Positions 28,116-43,731 of a stretch of DNA of 64,000 bases are shown here, in pieces. The position numbers were made by a program, and so were the translations under genes. Positions within the stretch are counted from its first letter, which is position 1. The number at the start of each line of letters is the position of its first letter. The DNA is from the human T2T-CHM13v2.0 reference genome, Homo sapiens, in assembly GCF_009914755.1 (NCBI RefSeq), contig NC_060944.1, one strand, 5' to 3'. The notes beneath the pieces are model-generated. The model worked only from the letters and a program-made list of their open reading frames with translations, ran no database searches and was not told the origin of the DNA.

Positions 28116-31099
28116 TTTATATTGCTTTAAGCCACTAAATGTGTGCAAGTATGTGAAAGGAGGAAATTAACACAGCTTCCAAGGCAACTTTCCAGAAGGA
28201 AAGCATTTCTCTCCTGTACTCTGCAGGCTTTGGTTTCTCTCTCTCGTACCATGCCTCTCAACCTGTGCCATTCCCTCACTCCCAGTGGGTGTCTCGGGGA
28301 CCCGTCCGTCTCTCTCCATGCCACTCTTTCCCAGGCCCTGCAGCGTTTCACTGCCAGTATAGCTTCATCTGTCAGGATTAGGGCTTCTGGCCGAGCCGAC
28401 TCAGAGGCGGGTCAGGCTGCATTAATCCCCAATTAAAACGTTAATCAAAATGGATCCAACCATTAGCCTGGCCCGGGTCCTGGCATGTTAGATTTCCAAG
28501 AGCTGCTGTGCCCTGGTGGAGAATATATCTTTCTTAGCCACCTGCTGTCTGTTCTCGCCACAGTCCCACCACCCTGGGCCTTGGCCCAGCCTCCTGAAAG
28601 CTGGGGCCCAAGTTCCTGGGGAGATTGTGTGCTGGGAGCTAGGCTCTTCCCTCCATCCCTCCCTTGCCCCCAAATGAGAAAAAGTGCCAGTGTCCCTCCC
28701 CCCTATAAAAAAGACAGGCTGCCTCGGGAGCCTCCCTGCTGTGCTGCAGGCAAGCAAAATAACACCAAATGCACGTTTGCGTTTGCCTTCTTCTACGGGG
28801 AGGTGTTTGGGGACTGGAGCCAGAAGATCCTTTTCTCTTTGCCTCCTTGTAGCTCAAAATTAAGCAGAGAAGCAGGCTTGGGGGAGCAGTGGGGACCTCA
28901 GGACGGCAGGAAGGGAGACACCTGCTTACCAGAGTCCTCTGGAGGGAGAGCATGATCGGACCTGCCCGGGGAGGTGTGGGTATGAGAGTGAAGACTCACC
29001 TCAGGGCAACGGACAGTCTTAGGCACAATTCAGATCCTATTTGTAGCAAAGTCACTTCATTTCTGATTTCGTTAATCAAATACAGTCTGCTGGATGATAA
29101 AAATGGTCCACAGCAATGGAGTGCTTCAGCTAGGTTCTTCGCCTCTCCCTTTTTATTAATTCTATTTAGAGGGGCTTTACCAGCTGCCATTTTTCACCCA
29201 CAGGCTCCATTTCTGGGCTTAATGCAACAACCAAGGGTAGATTCCTGTACCCCTAGACCTCTGGCAACAGGCAATGTTGACTCTTCATCAACATTGGAAA
29301 GCAGGGTGGAGAAAGGACAGCCGAGCCAAGGTACCTACTGCGGCTCCAGGAGGTGAGTTCCTCGGAGCTGGTTTGCGTCGCTTAGCCCTGCATCCAGCAC
29401 ACATCTCTTTGTTCTTCTGTTTCCTGAGGCACCTCCCTCACCTCTTGCCAGAGCCCAGCTGTGGGTCTGGTGCAGAGAATTCAAAGTGGTGCTCAGATCT
29501 GCCCCAATCAGGCTCCAGGACAAGCTTCGGGAAAGTCTTTGGGGATGGGGAGAAGCAAGTAACCTCTGCCTCCCATGTCACATCTCCCTCCCAGAGGCCA
29601 AAAAGGCAACCCAGAGTTTGGCAAAACTAGGGGTTTGGTTGATTTTTTTACTCCCAAGGTTTGACAACCCAGGCTGTAGGCTGCGGGCCTGGGCTCTCAA
29701 GTCTCAGGAGAAGAACCTAGGTTGCCTCGTTTCCAGTGTGCTTGCAGTTCCCTGCAGGTTAGGAGTGTGTCCCAGGACAGACATCTTTCCCGTGGAACGG
29801 GCTGGCTTCGAGAATGACTGAGGAGGGTGATCCCCAGGGGCCAGCGCTTGCCTGTTTTTCAAACACACCTTCCCTCCTTCCCCTCCTATCAGGCGACTCT
29901 GCAGGGCTCCAAAAGCCGGGGGAGGCACAAATAGAGCTCAGGTCTGGCAGAGCCTGAAAAATCCCCCAAAGAAGGACAGCATGCCCTAGCCACAGTGCCG
30001 ACCGCAAGGCCCCAATCAGCAGTGCCAAACTTTTCTTGGAGATGTGCTGCCGGTGAGGCTCTTCATAGGGACTCTGCCATCATGGGTATGGGGGTATCAA
30101 ACACACACTAATGAATAAACCTCTGCTCAGATTCATAGGGCAGGAACTTCCCCCACCCCACAATGAATCAGACCAGTTCCTGCTCCCTCCTCTTACTTCC
30201 CCCTGTACTTATCTCAGGGAGTCAGCAAAGGGGGTGGGGGCGTCTGTGTCTGTCTCCCTCTTCTATGTGTCTGTCATTTACCTGGGTAACTTTGGTGCCT
30301 GGCACCCTTTAAGTGCTTAATAACAGCGAGTGCTTAAGAAAATGCCTGCTGAATGGACAACCTAACTCATAAACCCCATTGGTGGGAACCTGCATTCCTC
30401 AGTAATGTCGGATCAGTGTTTCTCAACTCCTCCCCACCCTACCCCATCACCCGCCCCTAAGGAGCTTTGAAAAGATCTTTTCTTCCTATTCTAGAACCAA
30501 TTCCAGCTTCCACACCTCCCACCTTGAGAAGGAATGCATTAGATGAACCAAGACTTCTGCCTATATACATGGGCTGCTACAGTTGGCCACCCCGGCAGTC
30601 TGCGGCCTCCCAAGCGGGGGCCTGGGTCTTAATCCTTACTTCTCTCTAAGCTGCATGAAGGGTGCCCCCATTCCATCCCTCTTCACTTCTCCCCAGCATA
30701 GCGCCTCCATAAATGTTTGTGAACTGGATGAATGACTGTTGAGCGCTTGGTATGATGAGCTGCTTACAATAGGTGCTCAACCAATCTTTGTCCAATCTAT
30801 GAATGAATGAATGAACTTCACCCTTTTCCTTCCATACCTCCGGGCTGAGCCTCTCTCCCACATGGAAACCCTAAGGCTGAGACCACCACCTTCCTACCAG
30901 TTCCTGGGGGTGCCCAGTGAACTGTCTCAGTATCCCCAGTGCCTAGCACACAGTAGGCGCTCAATAAACGCTTGCTGTGTTCATAATGAATGACTCAATC
31001 AGGCCCACGGTGGGGGTGAAGGGGGGCTCCATACTGTGCCTAAGGATACAGTGAATGAGCAAGTGACACACACTCCCCCACCCCAATCCCTAACTCTCC

Positions 31100-32720
31100 T
31101 TCCTCCCAGGATCGGGGGAGAAACCTCGGCCCACAGCCGGGATGCGCCCCCGCCGGGGTCACCGCGGCGGCGAACGTCCCGGACTTCGCATCCCGGTGAC
31201 CCCTTGGGATGAACCGAAGCCGGACCCGCACCTTGGCCGTAACAAGCGCGCTCCACGCCGCCACGCACCAGCGGTGACTCCCGAGTCCTCTGTCGCCCTG
31301 GCCTCCCCGCAGGCGGGTTTCGAGGCCCCCGCAGGGAGTTCAGGGCCACGGCCACGTGCAGCCGCCCCCGAGCCCGAGTTTGCAGGCTCGGGGTCCGGTT
31401 CGCGCTTCGGTGGCGCCCGGCGAGGCTGCAGCGCGCAAAGTTCCCACCTCAAGTTCCCGTCGCGGCGTCCCCGCCTCGGAGTTGGCCCGGCCGCGGCTTC
31501 CGTCCCCCCCGGCTGCCCACGGGTCCGGGGCGAGGACGCGAGAGGGGCCTGGAAGTCGCCCGGGGAGCCCGCTCTGCCTCCCGGAGCCGCCGCCAAACTT
31601 CGGTCCCGGGGCCCGGCTCAGCTCCCGCCCTCGGAGCCACGGCCGCCCCGTCTCTGCCTCCCGGTCCCCGCCGGGCTCCGAGTGCGCCGGGAGCGCGGCG
31701 CAGCAGCCGCCGAGGGAGGGAGCGAGGCAGGAGGCGGGACGGAGGGAGGGGACTGAGCGCGGGGCGGGGAGAAGGGGCGGGCAGCCGAAAGCGCAGCGCC
31801 TGGCCTCGCCTCGCTTCGGGACAGTGGCAGCGGCGCCACCGTCACGGGGCGTCCAGGCGCCCAATCGGGACCCCGCACCTTGGATCCGGGGGCCCTGGCG
31901 CGCCTGCTGGATTGCGCTCCTCGCGGCCAGTTCCTGAGCCCGCGTCCGGGACTGCTCGCGCTACGCCCTCCCTCCCGTTGCCTTCTTCCCCGTCTGCTCT
32001 CCCAGGAGCGACCACCCTGCGGCCCCTTCGCCTGCACGCGACAGCCTTCAAGGTCCCCGCGCTCCGCTGCCCTGGAGCTTCACGCACCAGGCGGCGCGGC
32101 AGCCTCCTAGGGTCGCGCGCCCTGTCAGCTTTCCCCGCGGTGCAAGTGCTCCGGTGGTCCCGGGTCCGCGCCCCTAGCAGCACCGCCCCAGGGTCTACAT
32201 GTGCTAGATATTAAAACGCCACTCTCCGCTGCCCCGGGGCCGCGCTCCACGCGCTTACACATCCTGGGAACCACATGCGCCATGTCTCCTGCCTTTCCCT
32301 GGAAGTCCTGGAAGTCCAAGTGCACTGCTGCCTCTGGGTCCCTCGCCCCCCTACCCCGGGCAAATACTGCATCCTTGAGGCCCTCCACGCGCTGCTGCCC
32401 TGGAGCCGAACGCTCCAAGCAAGCTTCCACATCCTGGGGGCCATATATCGCGCGCCTTTTCTCGACCTCCTAGACCAATGTTGCCCTTGGGCCCTTCCTG
32501 CCACCGCCACCCAGGGACTGCCAGCATCTTGCTGTGCCAAATTCCTAGGGCCAGTACGTACCGTGCCAGGTGTTTTCCCTTCCAGTCCCGCGGGGCCGAG
32601 GCCCCAGAGCCCTCCCGGGCTAGCAGAGCCGCACTTCGTCGTCCACTCCCCTGGCCGGTGCAGGGCACTTGGACCAGGTCCTGGGGTCTTGCTCCCAGTG
32701 TGGCCGCCTAGCCTCGGAGT
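31100..32720. promoter_or_regulatory. KCNG1: CpG-island promoter of KCNG1
   Basis: Very GC- and CpG-dense, free of interspersed repeats, upstream of the coding exons. GC boxes GGGGCGGGG/GGGGCGGG at 31761-31781, CCAAT at 31861, no evident TATA box. Confidence 0.88.
31448..31700 (-). other. KCNG1: Probable non-coding first exon of KCNG1 (5' end approximate)
   Basis: Lies in the CpG island just downstream (minus-strand sense) of GC boxes; donor GAG|GTGGGA at 31448/31447; no ATG in the segment. The TSS cannot be fixed from sequence alone. Confidence 0.6.
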
Positions 32721-32749
32721 TGGTAGGATGCTGCACAGATGCTGGAGGT

Positions 32750-32821
32750 TGGGTTGGAGGGATCTATTGGGTTGGAGGAATCTACTGAGTTGGAGGGACC
32801 TATTGGTTTGGAGGGATCTGT
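32750..32821. repeat. 4 x 18-bp tandem repeat (TGGGTTGGAGGGATCTAT)
   Basis: Four consecutive 18-mers, each with 0-2 substitutions. Confidence 0.85.
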
Positions 32822-32856
32822 GCTGCTGGCAGGGCTGGCCTCTTAGGGTGGCTTGC

Positions 32857-32952
32857 CTTGCACTCCGTTCCTCTTCTCCTTTCTGTCTCTTGCACTCCGT
32901 TCCTCTTCTCCTTTCTGTCTCTTGCACTCCGTTCCTCTTTTCCTTTCTGTCT
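32857..32952. repeat. 3 x 32-bp tandem repeat (CTTGCACTCCGTTCCTCTTCTCCTTTCTGTCT)
   Basis: Three near-identical copies (one substitution). Confidence 0.9.
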
Positions 32953-33097
32953 CTACTGCCTTTGCCTATCATCAGAGAACCAAGAAAGGACATGAAGAAA
33001 CCCTGCTGCCGACCAGCCTGAGGCCTTCTGCTTGAGTGGGGCTCGGGTTGGGGAGTCGTGGGTGCTCATTAAGTGGGTTAGGGTTAACCCTAAGAAA

Positions 33098-33243
33098 TGA
33101 GCGCAGGGCACACTAGCCTGCGCGGCAGTCCCAGCCGGGTGGAGCATAGGAGTTCCAGGTTATAGTGCACTATGATGGCACCACTGCAATCCAGCCTGCG
33201 TGACTGAGCGAGATCCAGCCTCTAAAACAACAAGAATAAAAAC
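33098..33243 (+). mobile_element. Old Alu/7SL-derived monomer (FAM/FRAM-like)
   Basis: GAGTTCCAGGTTATAGTGCACTATGAT...CCAGCCTG...A-rich tail. Confidence 0.55.
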
Positions 33244-33694
33244 ACTGGCTTACTGGTGAGGTGGAGGCCTGGACAGACAAGGATCTGCCTAAGGACCTGT
33301 TTCCAAGAGCTCACCTTCTACTGGGGGCTTGGCAGAATTGGGAAACTGCTGAAATACGTGATTGCAGAATGAAGCCAGAGAGGCCACTTTAGATAGAATA
33401 ATGGGGGAGGGCTCCTGTGGAGGTGATGGTTACATGGAGCCCTGAGCCAGAAGGAGCCCATCTGGCAAGATGGGAAGAGAGCTTTCTAGGTGGACAGAAC
33501 ATCAAAGGCACTGGCCTTCAAGCAGGAGAGAAGGAGGCATGTCTGAGAAACATCAAAGAGACCAACCAGCAGTGTGGGGGAGGGGCCTGAGTGGGGTGGG
33601 GTGGGCTTTTGTTGTCAGAGGGTCCCTGGATTACATATTGAGAAACACTCCTCTTGTGGTGGATCAGGCTTCTGCCTTCCTTTCCCATCTGAAA

Positions 33695-34293
33695 TTTTTT
33701 TTTTTTTTTTTTTTTTTTTGAGACATAGTCTCTCTGTGTCTCCCAGGCTGGAGTGCAGTGGTGTGATCTCAGCTCACTGCAACTTCCATCCCCCTGGGTT
33801 CAAGCGATTCTCCTGCCTCAGCCTCCTGAGTAGCTGGGACTACAGGTGTGTGCCACCATGCCCAGCTAATTTTTGTATTTTTAGTAGAGACGGAGTCTCA
33901 CCATGTTAGCCAGGCTAGTTTTGAACTCGCAACCTCAAGTGATCCGCCAGCCTCAGCCTCCCAAAATGCTGGAATTACAGGCGTGAGCCACTGCACCCAG
34001 CCAGAAAATTGCTCTCTATCTTGTTTTTGAGACAGGGTCTGACTCTGTCACCCGCTGGAGTGCAGTGGTGCAATCATAGCTCACTGTAACCTCTAACTCC
34101 TGGGCTCTAGGGATCCTCCTGCCTCAGACTTCTGAGTAGCTGGGACTACCACACACCACCATGCACCACTAATTTAAAACAAAATATATTTTTTGCAGAG
34201 ACAGGCGGGTCTGGAACTCCTAGGCTTAAGACATCCACCCACCTTGGCCTCCCAAAGTGCTGGGATTACAGATGTGAGCCGCTGCACCTGGCC
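33695..34293 (-). mobile_element. Two tandem reverse Alus (AluS ~33695-34002; AluJ ~34021-34293)
   Basis: Two consecutive reverse Alu dimers. Confidence 0.85.
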
Positions 34294-34541
34294 ATGTTTC
34301 TATCTTTTTTACTTGCGTATTATCTGTGTCCCCACTGGGGACCAAGCTCCATCAGGGCAAGGACTGTGTGCTGTCTCTCCCCTCTCCAGCAGCTCCCACT
34401 CTGCTAGGCACATACAGAGCAGGCTTCTTAAATGATTCCTGGAAATGATTCCTGGGGGAATTCAGGACAGTTTTCTGGAATAGATGTGACTGCGTCAGAG
34501 AGTCAGACTCCTCACTGATGCTCACAGGGTAAGGATGCAGA

Positions 34542-34717
34542 GCAGGGCCTCTCAGACTTTACTGTGCATCTGAATCCCCCTGAGGGCTTATTAAAACCCA
34601 GACGGCTGGCCCCCACCCTGGAGTGGCTGATTCAGTGGGTCTGGCGTAGGGTCCTTCTGAGGAGTTCCCTGCTGATGCTCATGCATCAGGTCTGGGGATC
34701 CCACTTTGAGAACCACT
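34542..34717. mobile_element. MER5A-like hAT DNA transposon
   Basis: GCATCTGAATCCCCC...TGATTCAGTGGGTCTGG...CCACTTTGAGAACCACTG. Confidence 0.65.
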
Positions 34718-36251
34718 GATATTGAAGACTTGAACGCCTACCCAGCTGGGTCTGACTTCGGAGCCCTCATGAGGTCCCGGGACAAACTCAAGCCAGCTTC
34801 TTCTTATGTAGGATCCATAGGAACTAATGGCCACCTCTAGAGATGGGGCTGGGCTTATTAGAACACTATGCACCTGAGTCAAATTTCATAGTGACCTGCA
34901 GACAGAAGACCTGGTACACTGTGTGGAGACCGTCAGTGAGAACAATGACTTCCACCCGGTCCTGCCTACCCGCAACATACACACTCACTTGCTGTACCCA
35001 GGAGTTAAATTACTGCCTGATCTTATCCCTGACTGTGCTAAACAATGTCCAATAAAATCCTTTTAAGTCCTTTTAAGGAATTCCCTCTTTGCAGTTCCTC
35101 CCTCCCTTAGAGCCTTCCAGATTTTTCACTCTTCTCCTCATATCTTCATTTTCCTCTTGAAAAGCATCCTTCCCCAAGCTGTTGTGTGGAAAGAGATGTT
35201 GATGATACCCATGGAAGCTTCCTGAGAAAATGGGAACCGTCAGTGCTTGCTGGGCAGCTACGAGGTGCCAGGTGGTTGCTGGGTGATTTGAAGACATCAG
35301 AGCCACAACTGGGCCCGGAGGTGGACTCTGGCACGCAGACCTGTTTTATTTGTCCCTACTGAGTTAAAATTTTTAAAAATTAATTTAAAATTAGTTGCTG
35401 ACCTTTAAAAACTGGGAGATTTCATGTAAAATTTTTTCTTTTGAAACACTGGGAGATCTGGCCAACATCCTTTACCCACACAGCATGCTGGCGCTGGGCA
35501 GTGGCTTCTGCTCCCTGCGGTGTGCCCCTCTACCCACATCATACCATCTCGGTTACTGCCAGGCCCCTGGAAGCAAGAGTTGGTGACTTTTCATGTTGGC
35601 AGATTGTCTAGGGTTGCGCGGTAAATGGCAGAGCCAGATCCGAACCCAGGCCTGCCTAACCCAAAAGCCCAAGCTTGTCACTGAAATAAAAACTGCTGTT
35701 AATTTTTCGGGCAGGAGGAGAATGTGACATTGCTGGCCCTGAGGAAATACCTTAAAAGGGAGTTACTGTCAGCAGTTTAAGAATATGCCTTCCTTCCCAT
35801 CCATAACCAGCTGTCAGTAAGCCATAAAGTTCTGGGCTGTTTTTCCAGGGCAGGAAAAGTTATCCAGAGCTGTCCATTTTTTTTTAACCCATCTCCTCCT
35901 TGAGATGAAAAGGCTTGGATTTGGTTGGAGTTGGGAGGAATCTGTTGAGAGTGGTGGGTGGGGTGGGATTTTCTTGGTTTGGAGTTAGCTCTTTGGACAG
36001 GGGATCCCACTGGGTGTCTGTGGGGTGAAGGCTGGTGTTTGAGTCAAGGCAGGGATTGGGATGGGGGCATTCTCCTTCTCTCTCTCCACAGACACTCTGC
36101 CCCAGGCACTTTCCCTTTCTGTTCCTCTGATTCCCCAAATCCTGTCACCTTCCCGCAGATTTCCATATAGCCACTTCCTGCAGGTCTCAGCCCATTGTCA
36201 CCTTGGGATTCCTGGTCTGGGATGGGGTTAGGTTGCAGTAGGTGAGGTTGA

Positions 36252-36716
<465 letters not shown>

Positions 36717-39700
36717 TCCCTCTTACATTTTGTACCCTGCCTGCCTCATCCCAGCTCCTGCCCTGCTCCTAGTCCAGGGTTCTTTGGCAAGAGCCCTGGG
36801 CTGAGAGTCAGGGGACCTGGGTTCTGGTCCAGCTTGTGTCACTAGACTAGCTGTGTGGTTGGACACAATCTCCCTGCATCCTGAGCCTCAGCTGTACCAT
36901 CTATTCAGGGAAAAGGTTATATCTAACTCTATTCCAGAATGATCTAAGACATCTGCTAGAACTCTGACCGGTGGTGCATTGTGTCTATCTCCTGGGGGCT
37001 TTGGAGCCATTTGAGCCTTGCTGACCCTGGCCATTATGGGGTGTCACTCACTGTTTATTTCTTGGCTCTACACTCGAGGTGTTCCTCTGTGCAAACACAA
37101 AATCTTTGCAGCAGCTGTATGCAATGAGCCTCAGTGCCTTCATGCCTTTTTCCTGTCCTGGAGGAAATTTCTGTTTTGGAAATGTGGTTCTGTACCTTAT
37201 TCTTTGATGTCCCGCTTTTTTGTTTTTTGGTTTCATTCCCCAGATCATTGGATAAACATTGTTTAAGGACCTTCTATATGCCAAGCACTGAGCAAGCACT
37301 TGGGATGCAAAAGACACGTTTTCAGCCCTGGAGGAGCTCACCTTCCACTGCAGGAGACTGCCCATGAGCAGATCCGGGGACCGGGAGAAGCCTGCAGCAG
37401 TGGAGGACTTCCAGGGAGGATGAGGACACTTCGAGGGAACTGTGCACTGTCTTTTCTCCTGGGAGGAAGCCTGCATCCTCTGTGCTGTCTCCAGATGCCA
37501 TCAGCCCCGAGCAGTGTATAGCACCTTCCTAATAGAATCCTCCTCAAGAGAGTGCTGCAGTGTTACATTTTGGATCCACACTCGAAGGGACGAAGCTTGA
37601 AGTTAAAGCTTCCAGTTGTCTCTAACCCCATCTCCCTCCATCCCTCCTCTGGGTTGTGGTTTGTCCCTCAGTTTTTCCGCCTCCTGATAACTTTCACAGC
37701 CCATTTCCAAGTCCACCTCCTGCGTTCAGCTTTCCTCCACTGCTCCAGCCCTCAGGGGACTCTTCCCCCTACCCTCATCCTAAGCCTTTATCAACTAATA
37801 GGTACTCTCCCTGGCACTTAATTAAGATCTGTCTAGAGTTCCTTGGTGCTTCAGCCCAGCCACGAGATTCTGGTTCTTGCAGGGAGAGGGCACTGCCTGA
37901 TAGTTGGTAATAGCTGGAGGGCTCATTCCCCTCTACTCAGAGGGTGCAAACTCATGTATCTTCCCAGGACTTCCATGTTTTAAAAATAATGAAGTATGTG
38001 CCAATATTTGAAAATTAGGAGATTTTCGCATACGAATCCAGATTTCTGGCTTCCCTTGAAAACTTAGAAGATGTGCCAATTCTGAACCTGCTTTCCTGCC
38101 TGGCAAAAATTGGCTAGAGCTGGTAGCAACATTTTCCTTTAGCTGGGGCCTGGGTTCTCCAGTTTGTCACACTCCTCACCACTCCTTAAAGTCTAGAACC
38201 CTTTACCTGTCTACCTGTCTGGTCCCTGTAGGCATCTGAGATTTTAAGTCCTGGTTCAACTTTTCTCTTTCTTAAGAAGAGAGACAGCTCATCAGAGCAC
38301 TGCACACTGGCAGATGCTTAGGTAGCTCAAAGGGAGGGTGGGCGTGGAAAAGGGGATGTGTGAGCACCCAAGACTGTTGAGTGGTTGGGGGTTGGAGAGA
38401 GTCAGGCAGGAGGGTGCTTACTATGAATCCAGTCCATAGATACTTAGTATCAATGAACTCAGATGGGTGTTTGAACCTGGCTGATGTGATGTGGGTTATG
38501 TGTACAGGTAGAGCTATATTTCATGTGAATACAAAACAACACAGTTATAAAAACCAAAATGAATCTGACTTCTTGAGAGAATGTGCCATGTGCCAGATAC
38601 TATTCTAAAGTTTTTATATTTCATTCTCATAACAACCCCACATAGTGGGTAACATGATTTTCCCTGTTTCTGGGATGGGGTAAATGAGACACGGGTGAAT
38701 AACTTGCTCAGGATTACACAGCCAGAACATGAGAAGCTGTGATGGCAACACACACAGAAAGACCCTGAAGCTGGATTTTACAGCAGGATCCGAGGTGCTG
38801 GTAGATGCTGGATTTCGTTATTGTTGTCATCTTTCCTCCCCCAGATTAGAGAGCTATTGCTGTGTTGTCCCATCTCTTGGGATTGTAATTTGTCTCCCTC
38901 CTGCTAGGAGTCTGTCAGGCTTGAGGCTTTCTTCCTTAGCAGGGGGTTGAAGCTAGCCAGCCCCTCAGGTGTATTACTGTAGGCTGTTTGATCTGGACAC
39001 ATGCAGAAGTATATGGCTTTCGCAAGAGGAGGGAAGGGTGGGGGTGGGGAAGAGAAGAAAGCAGTGGTCCTGCCAGCCAGGTCCAGGTCCCCTCAGACAG
39101 ACCCTGGATCCCAGAAGCACAGGGCCCACCAGCCAGGTCCCCCAGGATGAGCTCATTCCCCATGTCCCCGGATCTGAGGTCAGCGTCCCATTGCACCATT
39201 CTAGCGTCCGTCTTGCTGCAGTGGAAGATTTTTCGTCCCCTTCCCGTTACTTTGCATTGCTTCTGGGCTGCGTTCCCTCTTATTTCATTTTCATCTGAAA
39301 TCCTGAGCTCACCCTCCCTAGCAGCTGACGGGACCATTTATTTCCGAGGCTGCAGCCAGTCGCAGGGCTGTCGACAGCTGAGTGGAATGCTCTGGGATTT
39401 TGCCACCCTGTTTCGTTCCTGCAGACGGGAAGGGAGACAGGAGAACATCTTCATTTTGTAGCAGCAAAGGCTGTCAGAGCCTTGGAGCCTCAGCTGTCAT
39501 CCCCTTTGGCCTGAGATGCAATTTGTTTTGTCCAGAACACTGCCTGGGTGGACTTGGTCCCTCGGTCATTTGTCCTTTTGGTCTCAAAACCTTGAGAGAG
39601 CGTGGTCTGTGCTTTGCAATTGTCCTGTCAAATGCCCCTGGATCTTCATAGCTGGAACAGCTCCTAGAGGTCGTTTTGTCAGAGGTTCTCTGTGTTCAGA

Positions 39701-40017
39701 GAGGGTGAAGAACTTGTGGGGGTTGCATAGCAAGTGACTGGAAGAGGCAGGACTGACAGGTTCCTGGGTCCTAGGCCCATCCCTTTTGCGTTATATTAGG
39801 TTGCCTCTTTAGAATCTCAGAAGGCCAAGCCTCAGGGAAACCTCCCTATGCCCCAACTTCCTGGAATGCTCTTCCTCTAGCCCTTTTCAGGGTTCCTCCT
39901 TTCCCTCCTTTGGGGATCAGCTCAAGTGTTGCTTCCTCAGAGAACACGTGGAAAAGTGCACTCATTTCCCTTGGATAAATTCTTAGGAGTGAACTCATTG
40001 GGTGAAAATCACATGTC

Positions 40018-41572
<1,555 letters not shown>

Positions 41573-41750
41573 TCAATCACAGTGTTATGCTACCTGCTTG
41601 TACTGGAGTCTTCTGTCTGTAAATTATGTGAGGACAAAGCCCATTATTATTTGTAGCACTGTGTTTCACTGCTGTCCTGTTCTCAGCAAGGATGAATGTG
41701 AATTGAATGAATGGATGAGTGTACGAACGAGTCTCTTTTGGATTGATAGC

Positions 41751-42282
41751 TGTTGGGAGATAATTTTCCATGGGAGTCTTGTGTTTCTGCATGTCTTGCA
41801 AGCAAACATCCTGACTGCCTTTGTTCCAGATTACATTTTAGAGAATGTTCACATAGTAAACTGCCTTGAAAGATAGAGATGGTGTCTTTCTTCAGAGCAA
41901 AGAGCAGGTATGTTTACTATCTGTTATAAAAGATTTGGGTTTCTTAATATGATTCAGCCTTAAAAAGAAAGGAAATTTTGGCACACACTACCACATGGAT
42001 GAAAATTGAGGTCATTATGGTAAGTGACATGAGCCAGACACAAAAAGACAAATACTATATGATTCCACTTACATGAGTACCTAGAGTTTTCAAATTCATA
42101 GACGCAGAAAGTATAATAGTAGTTGCCAGGGGTTCAGGGAGGGGAAAATGGGGAGTTGTTCAGTAGATACAGAGTTTCTGTTATGCAAGATGAAAATATT
42201 CTGGAGATCTGCTACACAACAAGGTGAATACTTAAGACTACTGAACTGTCCACTTAGAAATGGTTGAGGTGGTAATTTTATG

Positions 42283-42322
<40 letters not shown>

Positions 42323-42581
42323 CACAGACACAAATGCTGTTTTGGGTTTCCTGAGCTTATGGTTCCTCTCCTATAATGCAGCTCTCCACATGGCTTTGCA
42401 CTGCCCTGTGGGAATTGGGACTTGAGGAAGTGATGCAAGTAGCAGTAATCTGGCTACTGCTGTTGCTGTGAGTCATCAACTGTCCTTTGTCTTTGACCCA
42501 GGAGTCTTGCATCTTCTGCCAGCATCCACAAAACTTGCTAACTTGCAAGTAGTGTAAATCTCAGACTCTTCGCAGTAGACA
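41751..42581 (+). mobile_element. ERVL-type LTR (LTR47-like) interrupted by an L1M 3' end (~41946-42325)
   Basis: Starts TGTTGGGAGATAATTTTCCATGG. Internal L1 3' UTR motifs (CAGCCTTAAAAAGAAAGGAAA, GATTCCACTTACATGAG, GTTGCCAGGGG). TGGGTTTC flanks the L1. Confidence 0.55.
42283..42318. repeat. (TG)n microsatellite
   Basis: ~17 TG units. Confidence 0.95.
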
Positions 42582-42683
42582 ATCGTGATTTCTGTACATT
42601 TTCCTTGGAGCACTTTTGACAACTGTAGGTAAACACTTGTCTTTAAGTAACTTTAAATGCTTGTCTGCTTCATGAAACCCTAA

Positions 42684-42989
<306 letters not shown>

Positions 42990-43731
42990 AACCCTGAGCT
43001 TTCTTGTTTGCAGTTTTATTCCCAGTGCCTGGCACACAGAAAATGCTCAATAAATCTTTGTAGAATGAATGACTGGGTAGATGGATGGATGGATGAATGA
43101 CTGCTTGTTGTCTTGATCCCACCATTGCTTCCTCAAGAAGAGAACTTCTGGAACAGATGGTCTGGCTTGCCGTCACAGCTATTTGGAAGCAAGCTCCCGA
43201 GGAGTCATCTCTCTTTTGTGCCAGGCTGGCTCTAGTCTTCCTCACCACCCCCTCCCCCATGCTTCTCCTACACAAATGCTGCTGAGAGCACTTCAAGGGG
43301 GAGGAAAGTCCCACTTCTCTCCATCTGCCAGCTGTTTGCTTGTGATGATCAAGGGTCACTCTGGTCATCTTACAGAAGAGGACATGGAGGCTTATAGAGG
43401 TCAAGGCTTCACAAAACAGGCCTGGGTTTGGCCACTCGCTGTCTGGTCTCAGATGGGTCCAGGTTCTGGGGCTTCTGCCCCATACACTACCAGCAGCCCT
43501 CTGCACACCAGGAGATGGAACTTAGAAGGATCTCAGGCTGTTGACAAGAGGGTTGGCCCACAGTGGTTTGGTTCAGTGAGCGCTCACTCCAGTCCTGGTT
43601 TTAGGTGGGCACTGTCCCACTGGGTGATCCTTGAAGACCTCTGAGCAGCTGCCTATAGAAGGCCCCTGTCTGGCTCTGAAGAGCTCAGGGGGATACTTAA
43701 TTGGCAGTGGGTGGTCTGCAGGGCTTGGCTT

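Noticed and set aside
31142-33021. Many overlapping 100-260-aa ORFs in the CpG island, including 32211-32993 and 32275-33021
   Set aside because: Expected in very GC-rich DNA and extended by the tandem repeats; low-complexity products without recognisable domains.
33075-33093. Head-to-head telomeric palindrome TTAGGGTTAACCCTAA
   Set aside because: Only ~2+1 hexamers, and about one perfect 16-bp palindrome is expected by chance per 64 kb; too little for an interstitial telomere or fusion.
33098-33243. Possible 7SL RNA gene
   Set aside because: Degenerate, lacks the S domain and has an A-rich tail; an old monomeric Alu-type fossil.
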